From a virus, in IMG/VR virus record IMGVR_UViG_3300029267_004179, positions 1 through 64,000 of that record: a stretch of DNA of 64,000 nucleotides; one strand, given 5' to 3'. Shown here piece by piece: positions 50,031-60,730 of this stretch. The notes under the pieces were generated by a model that did no database searches, was not told where the DNA came from, and worked only from the letters and a program-made list of their open reading frames with translations. Each line of letters opens with the position of its first letter. Position 1 is the stretch's first letter. The position numbers and the translations under genes were made by a program.

Positions 50031-50684
50031 ATGAAACGGATTTACTTCAATGATAGTGATTTGGTTATCTATGCCCCAAATTGGGTGTCCGATCTTCGTA
50101 AAAAACCAAATAGTACAAAGAATACTCAGTTGGCAAGGATTCTTGATGGTAGTTTATCGGAAACGGCTGATACTGTTAAAGATCAAAATGATGAAGATGT
50201 TGAAATCATCGAAGTTGAACCGATAGAAGTTCTTAATCAAGGGGTAGACAATGCCGGGGTGCCGTGGCTTGAGACTGAGGATGATATCGAAGATAAGTTG
50301 GATGATTTTGACATATTTGTTTGTGTTCCTGCATATCTTCATATCACTTTTAATACTGATTTTGTAGTAAAAAACGATGGTACCGATACTGTTGAGTTTG
50401 ATATAGCTTTCAGGGAAGGAAGTGATCCTGCTTCAACCTTGATAGATACTGATGATGATTTTCAGGTGGTGATGACAGAGCTTGATTACGAGTCGGTTTA
50501 TGATATTTTCACATTAACCGGGATATCCGGTGGTGAGAAAAAGGGCATCGAATATACAACTACCGGAAATCCAAAAAGGATACATATATCAGAAACCGAC
50601 TTGAAAGAAATAGTTGTTGATGGAACAGAAATGAAAGTAATTTTGGTTGGAAATGAATCAATAACCGTTTACAGGGAGTTATAA
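50031..50684 (+). CDS. Acidic hypothetical tail-region protein
   Basis: RBS AAGGAG; 217 aa. Confidence 0.7.
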   Translation: MKRIYFNDSDLVIYAPNWVSDLRKKPNSTKNTQLARILDGSLSETADTVKDQNDEDVEIIEVEPIEVLNQGVDNAGVPWLETEDDIEDKLDDFDIFVCVPAYLHITFNTDFVVKNDGTDTVEFDIAFREGSDPASTLIDTDDDFQVVMTELDYESVYDIFTLTGISGGEKKGIEYTTTGNPKRIHISETDLKEIVVDGTEMKVILVGNESITVYREL

Positions 50685-50685
50685 A

Positions 50686-52308
50686 ATGGGAATTACAACG
50701 TCATATAAGCCCGAGCAAACAATGCTGAAAGAAATTCAGGATGGCAATCCTGCGGTCAGAACATGGGAAGCATTGAGGGATAATCTTCATGAAATAAGAA
50801 ATGACACAGGCACTTTGAATAGCACTGTAGTAGGCGATATCTATATTACTGGTGATACAGTCTTGTCTGAACCCTTGTTGTGTAATGACCTATATGTTTT
50901 AAATGAAGCAGAGCTTGACTGTGGCGGGTTTGAAGTTCTTGTTCTGGGAAACCTTGTTATAAGGTCGGCAGAACTCATCAACTGTTTGAAGCTTGAGGTT
51001 TATGGAACGATTGATATCAATCGGGCTGTTGGAGATACTTCTTTCACAAATCTACTTTACTGTGATGAAACGAACTGTCATGGTCAAGCGTGGTTTTACT
51101 ATACGGAATGGGATAGAGCGGCAGGTGTAATTATTGAGCCCGCACCTACCGACTATATAAAACCACAATTGTTTGAAAGTGCTTTTTCATGGATAACTGC
51201 TTCAAACAATTATGCTGCTGCTTTTAGGTTCGCAGAAATTCATGTTGCCGGTACTTTCGGTTTTGCTTCAATTGGTGCAAATGCCTTTGCTCAATATTGT
51301 TGTCATCCGACAAAACTTTTTGTTAAGGGCGATATGAATATGTTCACTTGTACCCAACTCTTCCTTGCTGGAAGAGATATAACTACCCCTACTTCATGGA
51401 ATGTTGTCGGATCATTCACCCATAATCTTGCTGCTTTTACTTTAAACTTGACAGGCGGCGCTGGCGGCGCTGGCGTAATCGCCACTCATGCCGGTGCTGG
51501 TGGGGAGTTTAATGGTCCACCAAACCAAACTGTAGGTGGTGCTACTGCTGGAACTTATAATGGTGGTGGTACGGGATATCGTGGAACCGGTGCTGGTGCT
51601 GCCGGTAGTCAAAAAGGTGGTGCAGGTGGTGCAGGTATTAATGGTCCCGGCGCTGGTGGGGGCGGTGGAGGCGGTGCTACTGACTTCAACTTTTATTATG
51701 GTAGTGGTGATCTTGGTTTAACATTCAACATGACATCACGTGGTGGTAATGGTGGAGCTGGTGGAGGTATAGGTGGTAATTCCGATGGTGGTGATGGCGG
51801 TGATGGTGGTGATGTAGCTGTTAGGTATACTGCCAATCAAATGACAATGCCTTTTACTGTTACTGGCGGGACCGGTGGTGCTGCTGGTGGCATTGGAGCT
51901 GCCGGTGCTAATGGTGCTGCCGGTAGCTCAAGTCATATTGTCGGAGCAGTTTTTGCCGGATATCGACCTGATATTCCAGTTCCTACTACTGCTGATGGTG
52001 CAACTACTGCTACTCTTTCATGGAATGTTCCTGCTGATGATGATGGTGACAATCTTGATTTCCAAGTAGAAGTAGAAGAAAAATATACTCCATTTGTTTT
52101 TGTGACAATTTATCAAGATGATAGTGATGCGAGTCCAGGTAAATTTTCTGGCGCTCCCCCTTATGCTCAAGGCGTAGGGAGTGTTACTTACACACCCGGT
52201 GGGTTAACTTCAGGGCAATTGTACCGTTGGAGAGTAAGGGCTTTCAAAGATACTTCCACTTCTACATATAGTATTTTTACACAATGGCGTGAATTTTATG
52301 CTACTTAG
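50686..52308 (+). CDS. Gly-rich tail protein with C-terminal FN3-like domain
   Basis: GGxG repeats; TLSW...D.DGD.L.FQVEV...LTSGQLYRWRVRA. Confidence 0.8.
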   Translation: MGITTSYKPEQTMLKEIQDGNPAVRTWEALRDNLHEIRNDTGTLNSTVVGDIYITGDTVLSEPLLCNDLYVLNEAELDCGGFEVLVLGNLVIRSAELINCLKLEVYGTIDINRAVGDTSFTNLLYCDETNCHGQAWFYYTEWDRAAGVIIEPAPTDYIKPQLFESAFSWITASNNYAAAFRFAEIHVAGTFGFASIGANAFAQYCCHPTKLFVKGDMNMFTCTQLFLAGRDITTPTSWNVVGSFTHNLAAFTLNLTGGAGGAGVIATHAGAGGEFNGPPNQTVGGATAGTYNGGGTGYRGTGAGAAGSQKGGAGGAGINGPGAGGGGGGGATDFNFYYGSGDLGLTFNMTSRGGNGGAGGGIGGNSDGGDGGDGGDVAVRYTANQMTMPFTVTGGTGGAAGGIGAAGANGAAGSSSHIVGAVFAGYRPDIPVPTTADGATTATLSWNVPADDDGDNLDFQVEVEEKYTPFVFVTIYQDDSDASPGKFSGAPPYAQGVGSVTYTPGGLTSGQLYRWRVRAFKDTSTSTYSIFTQWREFYAT

Positions 52309-52316
52309 GAACTGAT

Positions 52317-52625
52317 ATGTTATTACCAAAAAAAACAGAAAAGAAGCCGAAAAAAGAAGGTAAAATAATAGATGAAATAAAAGGCATCCATGATCTTGAA
52401 TTTCAAGCTAAAATTGATGCAGAAATTCTTTTACAAGTAAAAGAAATACAAAAGGATGTCTTGAGATACAATAGAGCTATGGAAGTATATAATGGAATAA
52501 TAGCAGAGAAGGAGCGAATTGCAAAAATTACCTCAAAAAGAATTAAAGAAAGTATCAGCTCAAACCGAAAAGTATTTTCGAAAAGAAAGAAAACAAATAA
52601 ACAAAATATAAAGAATAGGAGGTAA
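52317..52625 (+). CDS. Basic hypothetical protein, paralogous to next ORF
   Basis: EFQAKIDAEILLQVKEIQKD ~ EYDAQYDANTLARAKNILKD. Confidence 0.6.
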   Translation: MLLPKKTEKKPKKEGKIIDEIKGIHDLEFQAKIDAEILLQVKEIQKDVLRYNRAMEVYNGIIAEKERIAKITSKRIKESISSNRKVFSKRKKTNKQNIKNRR

Positions 52626-52627
52626 TC

Positions 52628-52900
52628 ATGGAACAACCAATGACAGATGCAGAATATGATGCTCAGTATGATGCAAACACTTTGGCGAGAGCAAAGAATA
52701 TCTTAAAGGATCAGAGTAGAAAAAGTGCCGCTGAAAAAGCAGCAAAAAGGATGGTAGAAAAAGAACAAAAAGAAGCTGATTCCTTAAGGGAGATTGCTGC
52801 CGGGAACGGCATTACACCTTCACAAAAAACTTCTTCGCCATTGACTGATGGTCTTCAAGGAGCAATGGATTCGGCTTATGGCGGGAAACGCTATCGGTAG
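52628..52900 (+). CDS. Hypothetical phage protein
   Basis: RBS AGGAGG. Confidence 0.7.
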   Translation: MEQPMTDAEYDAQYDANTLARAKNILKDQSRKSAAEKAAKRMVEKEQKEADSLREIAAGNGITPSQKTSSPLTDGLQGAMDSAYGGKRYR

Positions 52901-52911
52901 GTGGGGTAGTT

Positions 52912-53037
52912 ATGCCATTCGAAAGTAAAAAACAAGAAAAATGGATGAGAATAAACACGCCCAAATTGTATAAAGCTTGGGTTCGGAAATATGGTCATTA
53001 TAAACCGAAGAAGAAGAAATCATCCAAAAAGAAATGA
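52912..53037 (+). CDS. 41-aa basic MPFxSxxQ-type phage peptide
   Basis: MPFESKKQEKWMRINTPKLYKAWVRKYG...KKK. Confidence 0.55.
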   Translation: MPFESKKQEKWMRINTPKLYKAWVRKYGHYKPKKKKSSKKK

Positions 53038-53052
53038 CTGAGGGGGGAGGTC

Positions 53053-53928
53053 ATGACAATAGATAATATTTTTCAGCCTATCGTAATTGCAGGTCATGAA
53101 GTTAACTATGATTTTTTGCAATTAACACCTATTACTCACAATGTAAAAGACTCCTTCACGTTCTCCTACGGCGGGTTTACTTGGGTTATATGCACTAATG
53201 TAGATCAAGGACCGAACGGTGGTGGTTTGACGGTTTTTAAAGAAGTAAATGGTATTTTGACTTTCCATGCAAATCTTTTTACCGGCAGATACAAAATGTG
53301 GGCTCCGAGAGTGGTCATTGAAGACGATGTGCTATACGTTTTGGTTACTGACACACAAGGGACCGGGAATGAGCCTGACTGGTACAACCACATGAGGGCT
53401 TTTAAGTTTCAGTATGCTATCTTCAGTCCTACCAATTGGTGTAGCAATCCGGGGAAAATTGTTGTAGGTGATGACTCCTTCGGGATTATAGATGTTGAAC
53501 TGTTCAAAATCGGGGAGTTCTACTACCTTTGCTATGTCATTATGGACTGGCACCAAGGGGAATGGTGGGACTTATGGTGTTCTTGTGCTAATAACTGGTC
53601 CGGCCCATTTACTTCTCCAAATAAGGTTAACTTTTCGGGAGCGACAGAACACGGAATAGAAGAAGCGCCTTGTTATAATAAAGATGATGGAATGTTTTAT
53701 TTTTCAGTCAACGACAGTGCTACCATTTCATCTTTAAGGAGAGGTTATTTAATAAGCAGCGGTATAAATGCAGACGGTTCACAAATCCTGAATTTGAGCG
53801 AGGATGATATGTTTAGGATGCAAGATGTCAGTGGTGGACTATGTACCCATCCTGATTTTTGGAAAGGAAAAATAAGAGCAACTGGAAAAGGTGTTCATGG
53901 ATATCACATAATGGAGCAAATCATCTGA
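53053..53928 (+). CDS. GH43-like five-bladed beta-propeller glycoside hydrolase
   Basis: KDS, MWAPRV, IIDVELF and EEAP motifs in GH43 order. Confidence 0.7.
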   Translation: MTIDNIFQPIVIAGHEVNYDFLQLTPITHNVKDSFTFSYGGFTWVICTNVDQGPNGGGLTVFKEVNGILTFHANLFTGRYKMWAPRVVIEDDVLYVLVTDTQGTGNEPDWYNHMRAFKFQYAIFSPTNWCSNPGKIVVGDDSFGIIDVELFKIGEFYYLCYVIMDWHQGEWWDLWCSCANNWSGPFTSPNKVNFSGATEHGIEEAPCYNKDDGMFYFSVNDSATISSLRRGYLISSGINADGSQILNLSEDDMFRMQDVSGGLCTHPDFWKGKIRATGKGVHGYHIMEQII

Positions 53929-53941
53929 TCGGAGCTGTAAA

Positions 53942-54298
53942 ATGCCTACCAAAAAAGACGATCCTTTCTTAAAGTTGGCTACCGCTGTTGAAAAATTAAC
54001 AGGTAATCATCTTTGTGCTGGCGATAACTGCCCCAACTTCATAGGAGTAAAAGCATCTCAAAAAACATTTCAAGTGATTGTAATTTCTTTGATGGGAGTA
54101 TTATGTATAATGGCAGGGGCAGTTATGCTTCAGCTTGCCGCATTTAAGGATGATTACAAAAATGATTATGCTAAGGTACAAGATGTTATAACAAGGGTAG
54201 GTGTGGTAGAAAAAGACATAGAAACGCTTGAGATAAAAACAGACAATATCAATGCTCGTGTCTATAACCTTCAAATAAAAAATGCAAGGACTCCATAA
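53942..54298 (+). CDS. Single-TM coiled-coil protein (lysis-cassette accessory)
   Basis: One hydrophobic helix followed by heptads. Confidence 0.6.
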   Translation: MPTKKDDPFLKLATAVEKLTGNHLCAGDNCPNFIGVKASQKTFQVIVISLMGVLCIMAGAVMLQLAAFKDDYKNDYAKVQDVITRVGVVEKDIETLEIKTDNINARVYNLQIKNARTP

Positions 54299-54299
54299 A

Positions 54300-55334
54300 A
54301 TGTCATTCTTATCGAATCTTATTTCAGGTATCACCGGCAAGAAGCTTGAAGAATCGGAACGACTTGTGGATGAAGCAAAATTAAGGATTCAATCGGCTTC
54401 TCAGGAATTACTTGAAGCAGCTTCAGAAGCAAAAGAACAAAGAGACCAGCTTGCTTTAAGTGAAAAAAAGTATAGGAATTTATTTCACAATTCACCGGTA
54501 GGTATGTTCAGGTTAAGTAACGATGGAACAAAATTCCTTGAAGTCAACAATAGGTCTGTTGAAATTCTTGGCTATGATAGTGTTGAAGACTTGATGAATG
54601 TTCATCCGATTACTATTTGTGCGTCCGCTGACGTTTTTCATCGCATCCAATCAATACTTGATAACAAAGGAAGGGTTATCAAATATATCTTTTGTGGTCG
54701 GAAAAAGAATGGAGAAATTGTCACATTGGAATCATCCATGAAGGTCTACCCACACGAAGATTACACTGAAGGGACTGTGATTGATGTCACTGAAAGGGTG
54801 AGAATAGCAAAGCTGAAGCAATATGCCTATGAACTTGCCAATCAAATGGTTGATCTTGCGTGGTATAAGGATAGTAATTTGAAGTTTTTGTTTATTAATG
54901 CTTCCGGTTTAAAAGTCCTTTTCGGCCCGGATATGAAGCTTTCTGATGTAGAAGGATTAAGCGATATAGATGTTGTCAGAAAACATTACAAGGGAAATTA
55001 TGATTCAAATCTTGTCGGAGAAGTCTGTCAAGCTACCGATAAGAAAACTATCGAAGCACGGAAACCATCCCGATTTATTGAAATTGCTAAAAATTTGGCA
55101 GGAGTAGAAGTCTGGCTTGATGTTTTTAAGGTGCCTTGTTTTGCTACTGATGGAAAATTTGTATCAATAGTTGGAAATGCAAGGCTTATACATGAGAATA
55201 TGCGGAGTGAATGTTCTTCTTTTTTAAAAGAGAAGATGGAAGAAGGCAAGGTTGATTTGGTTGCTGGGAAATTTTATCACCTAAAAGAATTTGAATATGC
55301 CGAACTAAGGGAAAGCATAATCGATAAATCTTGA
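54300..55334 (+). CDS. Coiled-coil + tandem PAS domain protein with no output domain
   Basis: SEKKYRNLFHNSPVGMF...VN.....LGY...DVTER; second PAS WYKD..KFLFIN...WLDVFKVP...G....IVG.AR. Confidence 0.88.
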   Translation: MSFLSNLISGITGKKLEESERLVDEAKLRIQSASQELLEAASEAKEQRDQLALSEKKYRNLFHNSPVGMFRLSNDGTKFLEVNNRSVEILGYDSVEDLMNVHPITICASADVFHRIQSILDNKGRVIKYIFCGRKKNGEIVTLESSMKVYPHEDYTEGTVIDVTERVRIAKLKQYAYELANQMVDLAWYKDSNLKFLFINASGLKVLFGPDMKLSDVEGLSDIDVVRKHYKGNYDSNLVGEVCQATDKKTIEARKPSRFIEIAKNLAGVEVWLDVFKVPCFATDGKFVSIVGNARLIHENMRSECSSFLKEKMEEGKVDLVAGKFYHLKEFEYAELRESIIDKS

Positions 55335-55348
55335 AAAGAATCATCATC

Positions 55349-55421
55349 ATTTAAGATTCTATCAGCATAAAATAAAAAACTAATATAAGGGTATAGGGTA
55401 AAAATTTTATAGGCCTTAAAA
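55349..55421 (+). repeat. Dispersed element, copy 5
   Basis: ATTTAAGATTCTA...ATAAAATAAAAAACTAATATAAGGGTATAGGGTAAAAATTTTATAGGCCTTAAAA. Confidence 0.96.
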
Positions 55422-55438
55422 AGGAAATAAGGAAGCCG

Positions 55439-55867
55439 ATGGGAATCTTATTTAAACATTTTTCAGAAGTTCCTGAACGATTATGGAAATGGGATAATTT
55501 CAAACCGAATGAGTATTATCTTTTTTGCCCGTGTTGCGGGGAGTTCTACCTTGATTTTGAAAGTATGGATCGACTTCAAGCTGCAAGGGATAATATCGGT
55601 AGTCCTATTCGAATTAACAGTGGGCATCGATGTCCTATTCATAATGCAAGGGTAGGTGGCGCTCCATTATCTCAGCACAAAAAAATTGCTTTTGATATTT
55701 CTGTTTTTAATAGCGACAAAAAGAAAGTCCTTGAAGGATTAAAAAAAGCAGGTTTTACCACATACGGGTTCTATAAAACTTTTGTTCATACTGATATTCG
55801 TAAGGGTAGAATGTGGTATGGAAAAGGAGGTAAAGAGGCATGGATGGGATTAATTGGGCAGACGTGA
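55439..55867 (+). CDS. Endolysin, peptidase M15A family
   Basis: FCPCCG; INSGHRC..HN..VGGA..SQH...AFDI; FVH.DIR. Confidence 0.92.
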   Translation: MGILFKHFSEVPERLWKWDNFKPNEYYLFCPCCGEFYLDFESMDRLQAARDNIGSPIRINSGHRCPIHNARVGGAPLSQHKKIAFDISVFNSDKKKVLEGLKKAGFTTYGFYKTFVHTDIRKGRMWYGKGGKEAWMGLIGQT

Positions 55868-56370
55868 TAGGGGTAGGGGCATCTGCTGCCACCGGCGGCA
55901 TTTTTGGACTCGTTGGTAGTCTTGTCGGCGCTGTTGGCAAATATTTCCAAAAGAAACAGGAACAGTCGTTTCTTCGGGAAAAATGGGATTATGAAACAAA
56001 GCTTCTTGAATTGAACATGAAAAAAGGAATACAAGAGTTTGATCATGAAATGGCATTAACCGCTCAACAAGGATCATGGTCGGGGCTTGAAGCATCGTAT
56101 AAGCATGATGCATCTATAGGGCCAGTTCACAAGTGGGTAAATGATATAGTAAAGTTGTTTAGGCCGGTCTTAACTATCGCACTTTGGATTTTATGCGGAA
56201 TAATCTTTTGGTGGTTTGGGCAGAAGGAGTTTTCTGAAACCCTTTCATCAGAAGATATTTTTATTTTAAAAAGATATATGATCCATACCACCTTCTTTGC
56301 TGCTGGTTCTGCTGCAATGTGGTGGTTCGGAGAACGGTCTTTAACTCCACCTGATATGAAACACAAATAG
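55840..56370 (+). CDS. Putative holin
   Basis: WV.....L.RP.LT; three hydrophobic segments; WWFGER; adjacent to endolysin. Confidence 0.75.
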   Translation: MDGINWADVIGVGASAATGGIFGLVGSLVGAVGKYFQKKQEQSFLREKWDYETKLLELNMKKGIQEFDHEMALTAQQGSWSGLEASYKHDASIGPVHKWVNDIVKLFRPVLTIALWILCGIIFWWFGQKEFSETLSSEDIFILKRYMIHTTFFAAGSAAMWWFGERSLTPPDMKHK

Positions 56371-56378
56371 GTGATGCT

Positions 56379-56705
56379 ATGTTTAAAAAATACAAAGAAT
56401 GGTCGATAGTAAAGAAGATTACCGCTATCTGTGGGTTGATAACTGCCTTGGCAGGGGTCGTGACTCTTCTTTTTACTATCGATCATCGATTTGCTAAGAG
56501 TAGTGAGCTGAAGAAAGTCAAAACAAGGCTTGAGCATAAGATTGAAAGTGATCATTATCAGTGGTTGGAGCAAAGATCATATACTTTAAAGGATAGATAT
56601 ATTAATAAGCCTATGCCGCAGTCTGTGAAAGAAGAAATACGGAAAATTGAAGATGATTTGAAGTGGTTAAGGGAGAAGATTAAAAGCCTGATGAAAGATG
56701 ATTAA
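56379..56705 (+). CDS. Single-TM protein, last gene of the late operon
   Basis: N-terminal TM then coiled coil. Confidence 0.65.
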   Translation: MFKKYKEWSIVKKITAICGLITALAGVVTLLFTIDHRFAKSSELKKVKTRLEHKIESDHYQWLEQRSYTLKDRYINKPMPQSVKEEIRKIEDDLKWLREKIKSLMKDD

Positions 56706-58867
56706 TCATTGTGAACAAAACACAGATCACCTATATGATCTTCCCATAATTGAACGTGTGCTTGTACTTCAGGATCATCTTCCAGCCCTTTTTCTTTGAT
56801 GATATCTTTTAATTCTTGAACTATTTCTTCTGTGACAAGTAGTCCTTTTATTATCTTGGATGTTTTCTCTGAATAACTTTTTCTATTTTTGAGCGGGTTT
56901 GGGAAAAAAGCAATAGTAGCACCCATTTCACTTTCCTTTCTTCTTTTTTGGCGTCTTGGCCTGAAAGATTCTTGATCTTGCTTCTACAAGTTTTTCTATA
57001 ACAACATCAACTTCTTCTTTTTTAAAAATCATCGAGTCCCAAATTGTAGTGCCTGGGTGTTTAATTTTTAGCAGAATCCTTTTGACATCATCTCCTCCTC
57101 TTGGGATATATTTAGACGCTTCTACTATGAGTTTGTCTCTTTTTAACTTTTTTTTCTTTCTTATTCTTTCCATAAAGTTTCCTTTTTTGTCAAATTACCC
57201 ATTCACTTGGCCTTCTGATTTTAAAGTCGCCATAGAAGTCTCTGCTTGAAGGATTATCTTCAGAAGAAAAACCTTCTTCACCTTCTATACCTACCTCATA
57301 TTTTTCATCCAATTCTTTGTTGGTAAATTGCTTAAAGAATGAATTAAGGATACGGAAGAGCTTTTCATAGACAATAATCTTGTTTGCTACTTCTTTCATA
57401 ATTTCATCGAAATGGGTGCAATACTCAGGAGAGATTACTGGGGTGTCATTAGATTTAAATCTAATGGCTTCATTTGTCCCATCTGTTAAATATTCTATGC
57501 GAAATAAACCATCATCTATATAGTCAAAAGTAAAGTCTTCATATTTATCATGTATGAAGTCGAATAGATCACATTGAAGCATTACAAGTTTTGTTTCCAT
57601 TATATTCCTCCTATTGTATTGTGACTTCTTCAACTGAAAAGAAATCACCAAGATGGGTTTTTACATTTTCAATTAGAAGCCTTGAGTCTTCTTTGTCTTT
57701 TCCTTCCGGCATATTATCTGTTACTTCTATCATTTGGTTGATGAAAGTTTCATCAATTATCTCTTCTCCAGGTTCCCCGAATTTAAACCCAAGAGGATTT
57801 GGTCGGAATTTAAAAAGTAGTTTTTTCATAATTATCACTTGTGCTATAGTGTGTGTATAGTTCTTTTTATATCTTCAAGTTTTTGTTTTTGTCCTGAATT
57901 CTTTTCCGTCTTGCTCGTTCTTTTTCAGCATCCTCTTTTAGACTTTTTAACTCAAGACAAATAGCCTTAACATTCCCGGCAGTTTCTAAGATAATTGTGT
58001 TATCATATACTACTTTAAGTTCGAATATGTTGGGCTTTATACTATAAACCCCTATATAGCTGTTAGTATCAGATATGATTTGGTTTCCTCTTGTTTCGGG
58101 GTTCATTCTAAGTCTAATTATTTCTTTTTTATACCTATTTATCTGACGGTTGATTGTTTGTTTGTTTTCTTCCAAACTTATCCGTAGTCTTGCATCTTCT
58201 TTTGAAAGGTCAAACTTTTCATTTGGCATTTTAGAACTCCTTTTGTTGAAGCCATTAATCGAACAACTATATCTAATTTATTCATAAACCTTGCGGCAAT
58301 GTCTGTCTTTCCAAGGTTGTTGGGTTTTTGCGTATCTATAGCATTTATCTCCATAAACACCCTTTGCTCCATAGTGGGCGAAACCACATAGTGGACAGCT
58401 ACTATAATCACCTATATTAAAAATCCATTCACAGGAAGCACAAACCCTTAATTTTGCGTGTTGACCCATAGTCTAATCCATTGGCGTCATATACCCTTCG
58501 GTAATTTGATATAATTCACATCTGAACACAGTACAGCTACTTGTATTTCTTTTTTCGCAATTGGAACAGAAGATATAGCAGTGTTCAAGTTTTTCTTTCA
58601 GCTCATCACATTCATTTTCACAGGTATCATATTTTTCTTTTAGTTCATTGACTTCTTTTTCATATTCGAGTTTTTCACTTCCAATGATCTCAATAATCCC
58701 TATTAGATCATCAGTTATTGATCTAATAGCATAGGTGTTAATCACAATCTCCTGCAACCGGTTAAAGTTTTCTTTTCTGATTACAGGAACACATTTTAAT
58801 TCTGTAGCCATTTTGATTATTTTTTCTTCTGCTTCTTTTATGGTTTTTAATATTTCAGATGTTTTTA

Positions 58868-59167
58868 TCATTTAATCCTCCAGCATCTTATTCCCAAATG
58901 CCCATTTTCAACCACCTTTCGGCAGGTGAAATCCATATGCTTTTCAATTCTGCATTTCTTTGCTTTCTTCCGGCGAATAACACTCTGTTTAATGTTCATA
59001 ATGGTGAAACATTGATCACGATATGTTTTTGTCTTGATAAAGAAAGATTCACCGATGCTCATTTTATGGAAAGGGTATTTATTGAATGGCCTTGGTTTAT
59101 TCTTTGGTCCTCTTTTGATTTTTGGTAATGGTATTCCAGATTCAACAGTAGGCATATGGATAGTCAT
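58868..59167 (-). CDS. Putative small DNA-binding phage protein
   Basis: VESGIPLP...KYPF..M.IGESF...GIRCWR motif. Confidence 0.65.
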   Translation of the reverse strand: MTIHMPTVESGIPLPKIKRGPKNKPRPFNKYPFHKMSIGESFFIKTKTYRDQCFTIMNIKQSVIRRKKAKKCRIEKHMDFTCRKVVENGHLGIRCWRIK

Positions 59168-59524
59168 ATATCCCCCATCTTTCCTTTTGCTTCTTCGTCA
59201 AGAAAAATCTTTTCACCCTTTGAAATGATGGTGAAAGACAGATCAGGATTCCCGTAAAGAATATAGTGTGCAAGGGTTTTATACTTGTCTTCCCGGTCAG
59301 CAAAGAAGGATTCAACCTTATGATCATCCCATGATGCAGGGATAACTATCGGGATATTTAAGCTAATTTCCATTTTGGCATATCTTTTAATTAAAATACA
59401 TTGATCGCTATGTACTTCGCCTACCCTTGACAAACATCCACGGCATATACAATCAACATCCCCTACGGCTTTTTCAGTTACGATATAATCCGACATCTTA
59501 ACTACTCCTTACAAAGTCTGATTT

Positions 59525-59832
59525 TTACCAATTCTTCGGCATGACCATAGATGTGGAGCCCTTTACTTGCTGTGATGATGGGCCGGAAGCAACTACAATT
59601 TCATCAACCCTTTTTTCAAGATTCCCTAAACTGAAGATATATGGAACATATTCAACACACAGTTCACACCGGTAAAAGGTTTCTTCATCATTGTTGACAA
59701 GTAGTCCTTTATCGAATAATTTGCAAATATTGTTACTACGATCAATAGGGCAATCACCACATTCTTTTTCTTTTTGTTTGTAGGTATCTGCCGGTTGAAC
59801 TTTATGTATTTTTTAGAGTCATCGGTTATCAT
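59525..59832 (-). pseudogene. Cys-rich gene frameshifted at an A6 run
   Basis: MITDDSKK then -1 frame IHKVQPADTYKQKEKECGDCPID...CELC...; that frame has no early start codon. Confidence 0.55.
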
Positions 59833-60142
59833 TACTTTTCTCCTGAGAAACATGTGATCCACATAATGGGCATTTTGGAAGTCCTTTATTTTCACAATCT
59901 TCTATGTCACAATCTTCTATATATCCTTGCCAAGAGCAGCTTTCATTACAGCATATACACCGAATACCAGGTAGGTGGTTATTAACAAAAGTTTTACTTT
60001 CTATTTTCATCAATCAAGTTCCTTAGTTTTTTCAACTCCATTTTAATCAGTACCCAGTCTTTCATTGGAGATTCGTTGGTTCAGAATGCTTCTGAAAATA
60101 GCTTGTCGAGTCTCTGTTCATATTTTGGCAAGGGCTTAATTT

Positions 60143-60730
60143 TCATTTTATTTTACTCCACAATTCCTTTCTGAAAATATAGATATTGGCTTTTGTTCTA
60201 CCTACTTTCAATGCTTCTTTTTTTGTCCACATAAAAATATCAACAGATCGTGTTATCTTCTTGCCTGTCCTTTTTGACTTGAATCCCATTCGATCATCGA
60301 ACATAAAGATACCATACCCTTCAATCCAGATATAATCACCACGATTAAGTAACATCACCTTTTCAATATCTCTTGAGATAGCACAAATGCCTTGAGCCAC
60401 GTTGGTTTGAAAGGCAGTTGTAAAAGGTGTATCATCTGTTTCATCAATGGAAGGACTATATGCAGTCACTTCTACCTGTGGGATGCAAAGAGCAAGGAGT
60501 TTTTGGGAGAATATTGTGTCTTTGATTATGGATAGTTGTCGGTTGGTCTCGGTCACTTCTGAATTGACTTTTTTAAGGATGTCAAAGTTGTTTTGGTTAA
60601 AATCAGACGGAGCAGTAAGAAATTTGGTATCGTAAAGTATATTCATAATGGCGATTGTCAGTATAGTAATTAATATAGCCAAAACTACAATTATATAATT
60701 TTGGGCTTTATCCCCAATGCTTGCTTTCAT
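60143..60730 (-). CDS. Membrane-anchored 3D-domain (MltA-like) protein
   Basis: N-terminal TM; VTAYS...TD.TP.TTA; AISRD; IEGYG...DDRM; VDIFM. Confidence 0.85.
   Translation of the reverse strand: MKASIGDKAQNYIIVVLAILITILTIAIMNILYDTKFLTAPSDFNQNNFDILKKVNSEVTETNRQLSIIKDTIFSQKLLALCIPQVEVTAYSPSIDETDDTPFTTAFQTNVAQGICAISRDIEKVMLLNRGDYIWIEGYGIFMFDDRMGFKSKRTGKKITRSVDIFMWTKKEALKVGRTKANIYIFRKELWSKIK

Noticed and set aside
51450-51930. GGT/GGC-rich repeats as a DNA repeat array
   Set aside because: Explained by the Gly-rich coding sequence.
59626-59895. 89-aa minus-strand ORF as annotated
   Set aside because: It overlaps ORF 59819-60013, and an alternative frame gives a more protein-like Cys-motif sequence.
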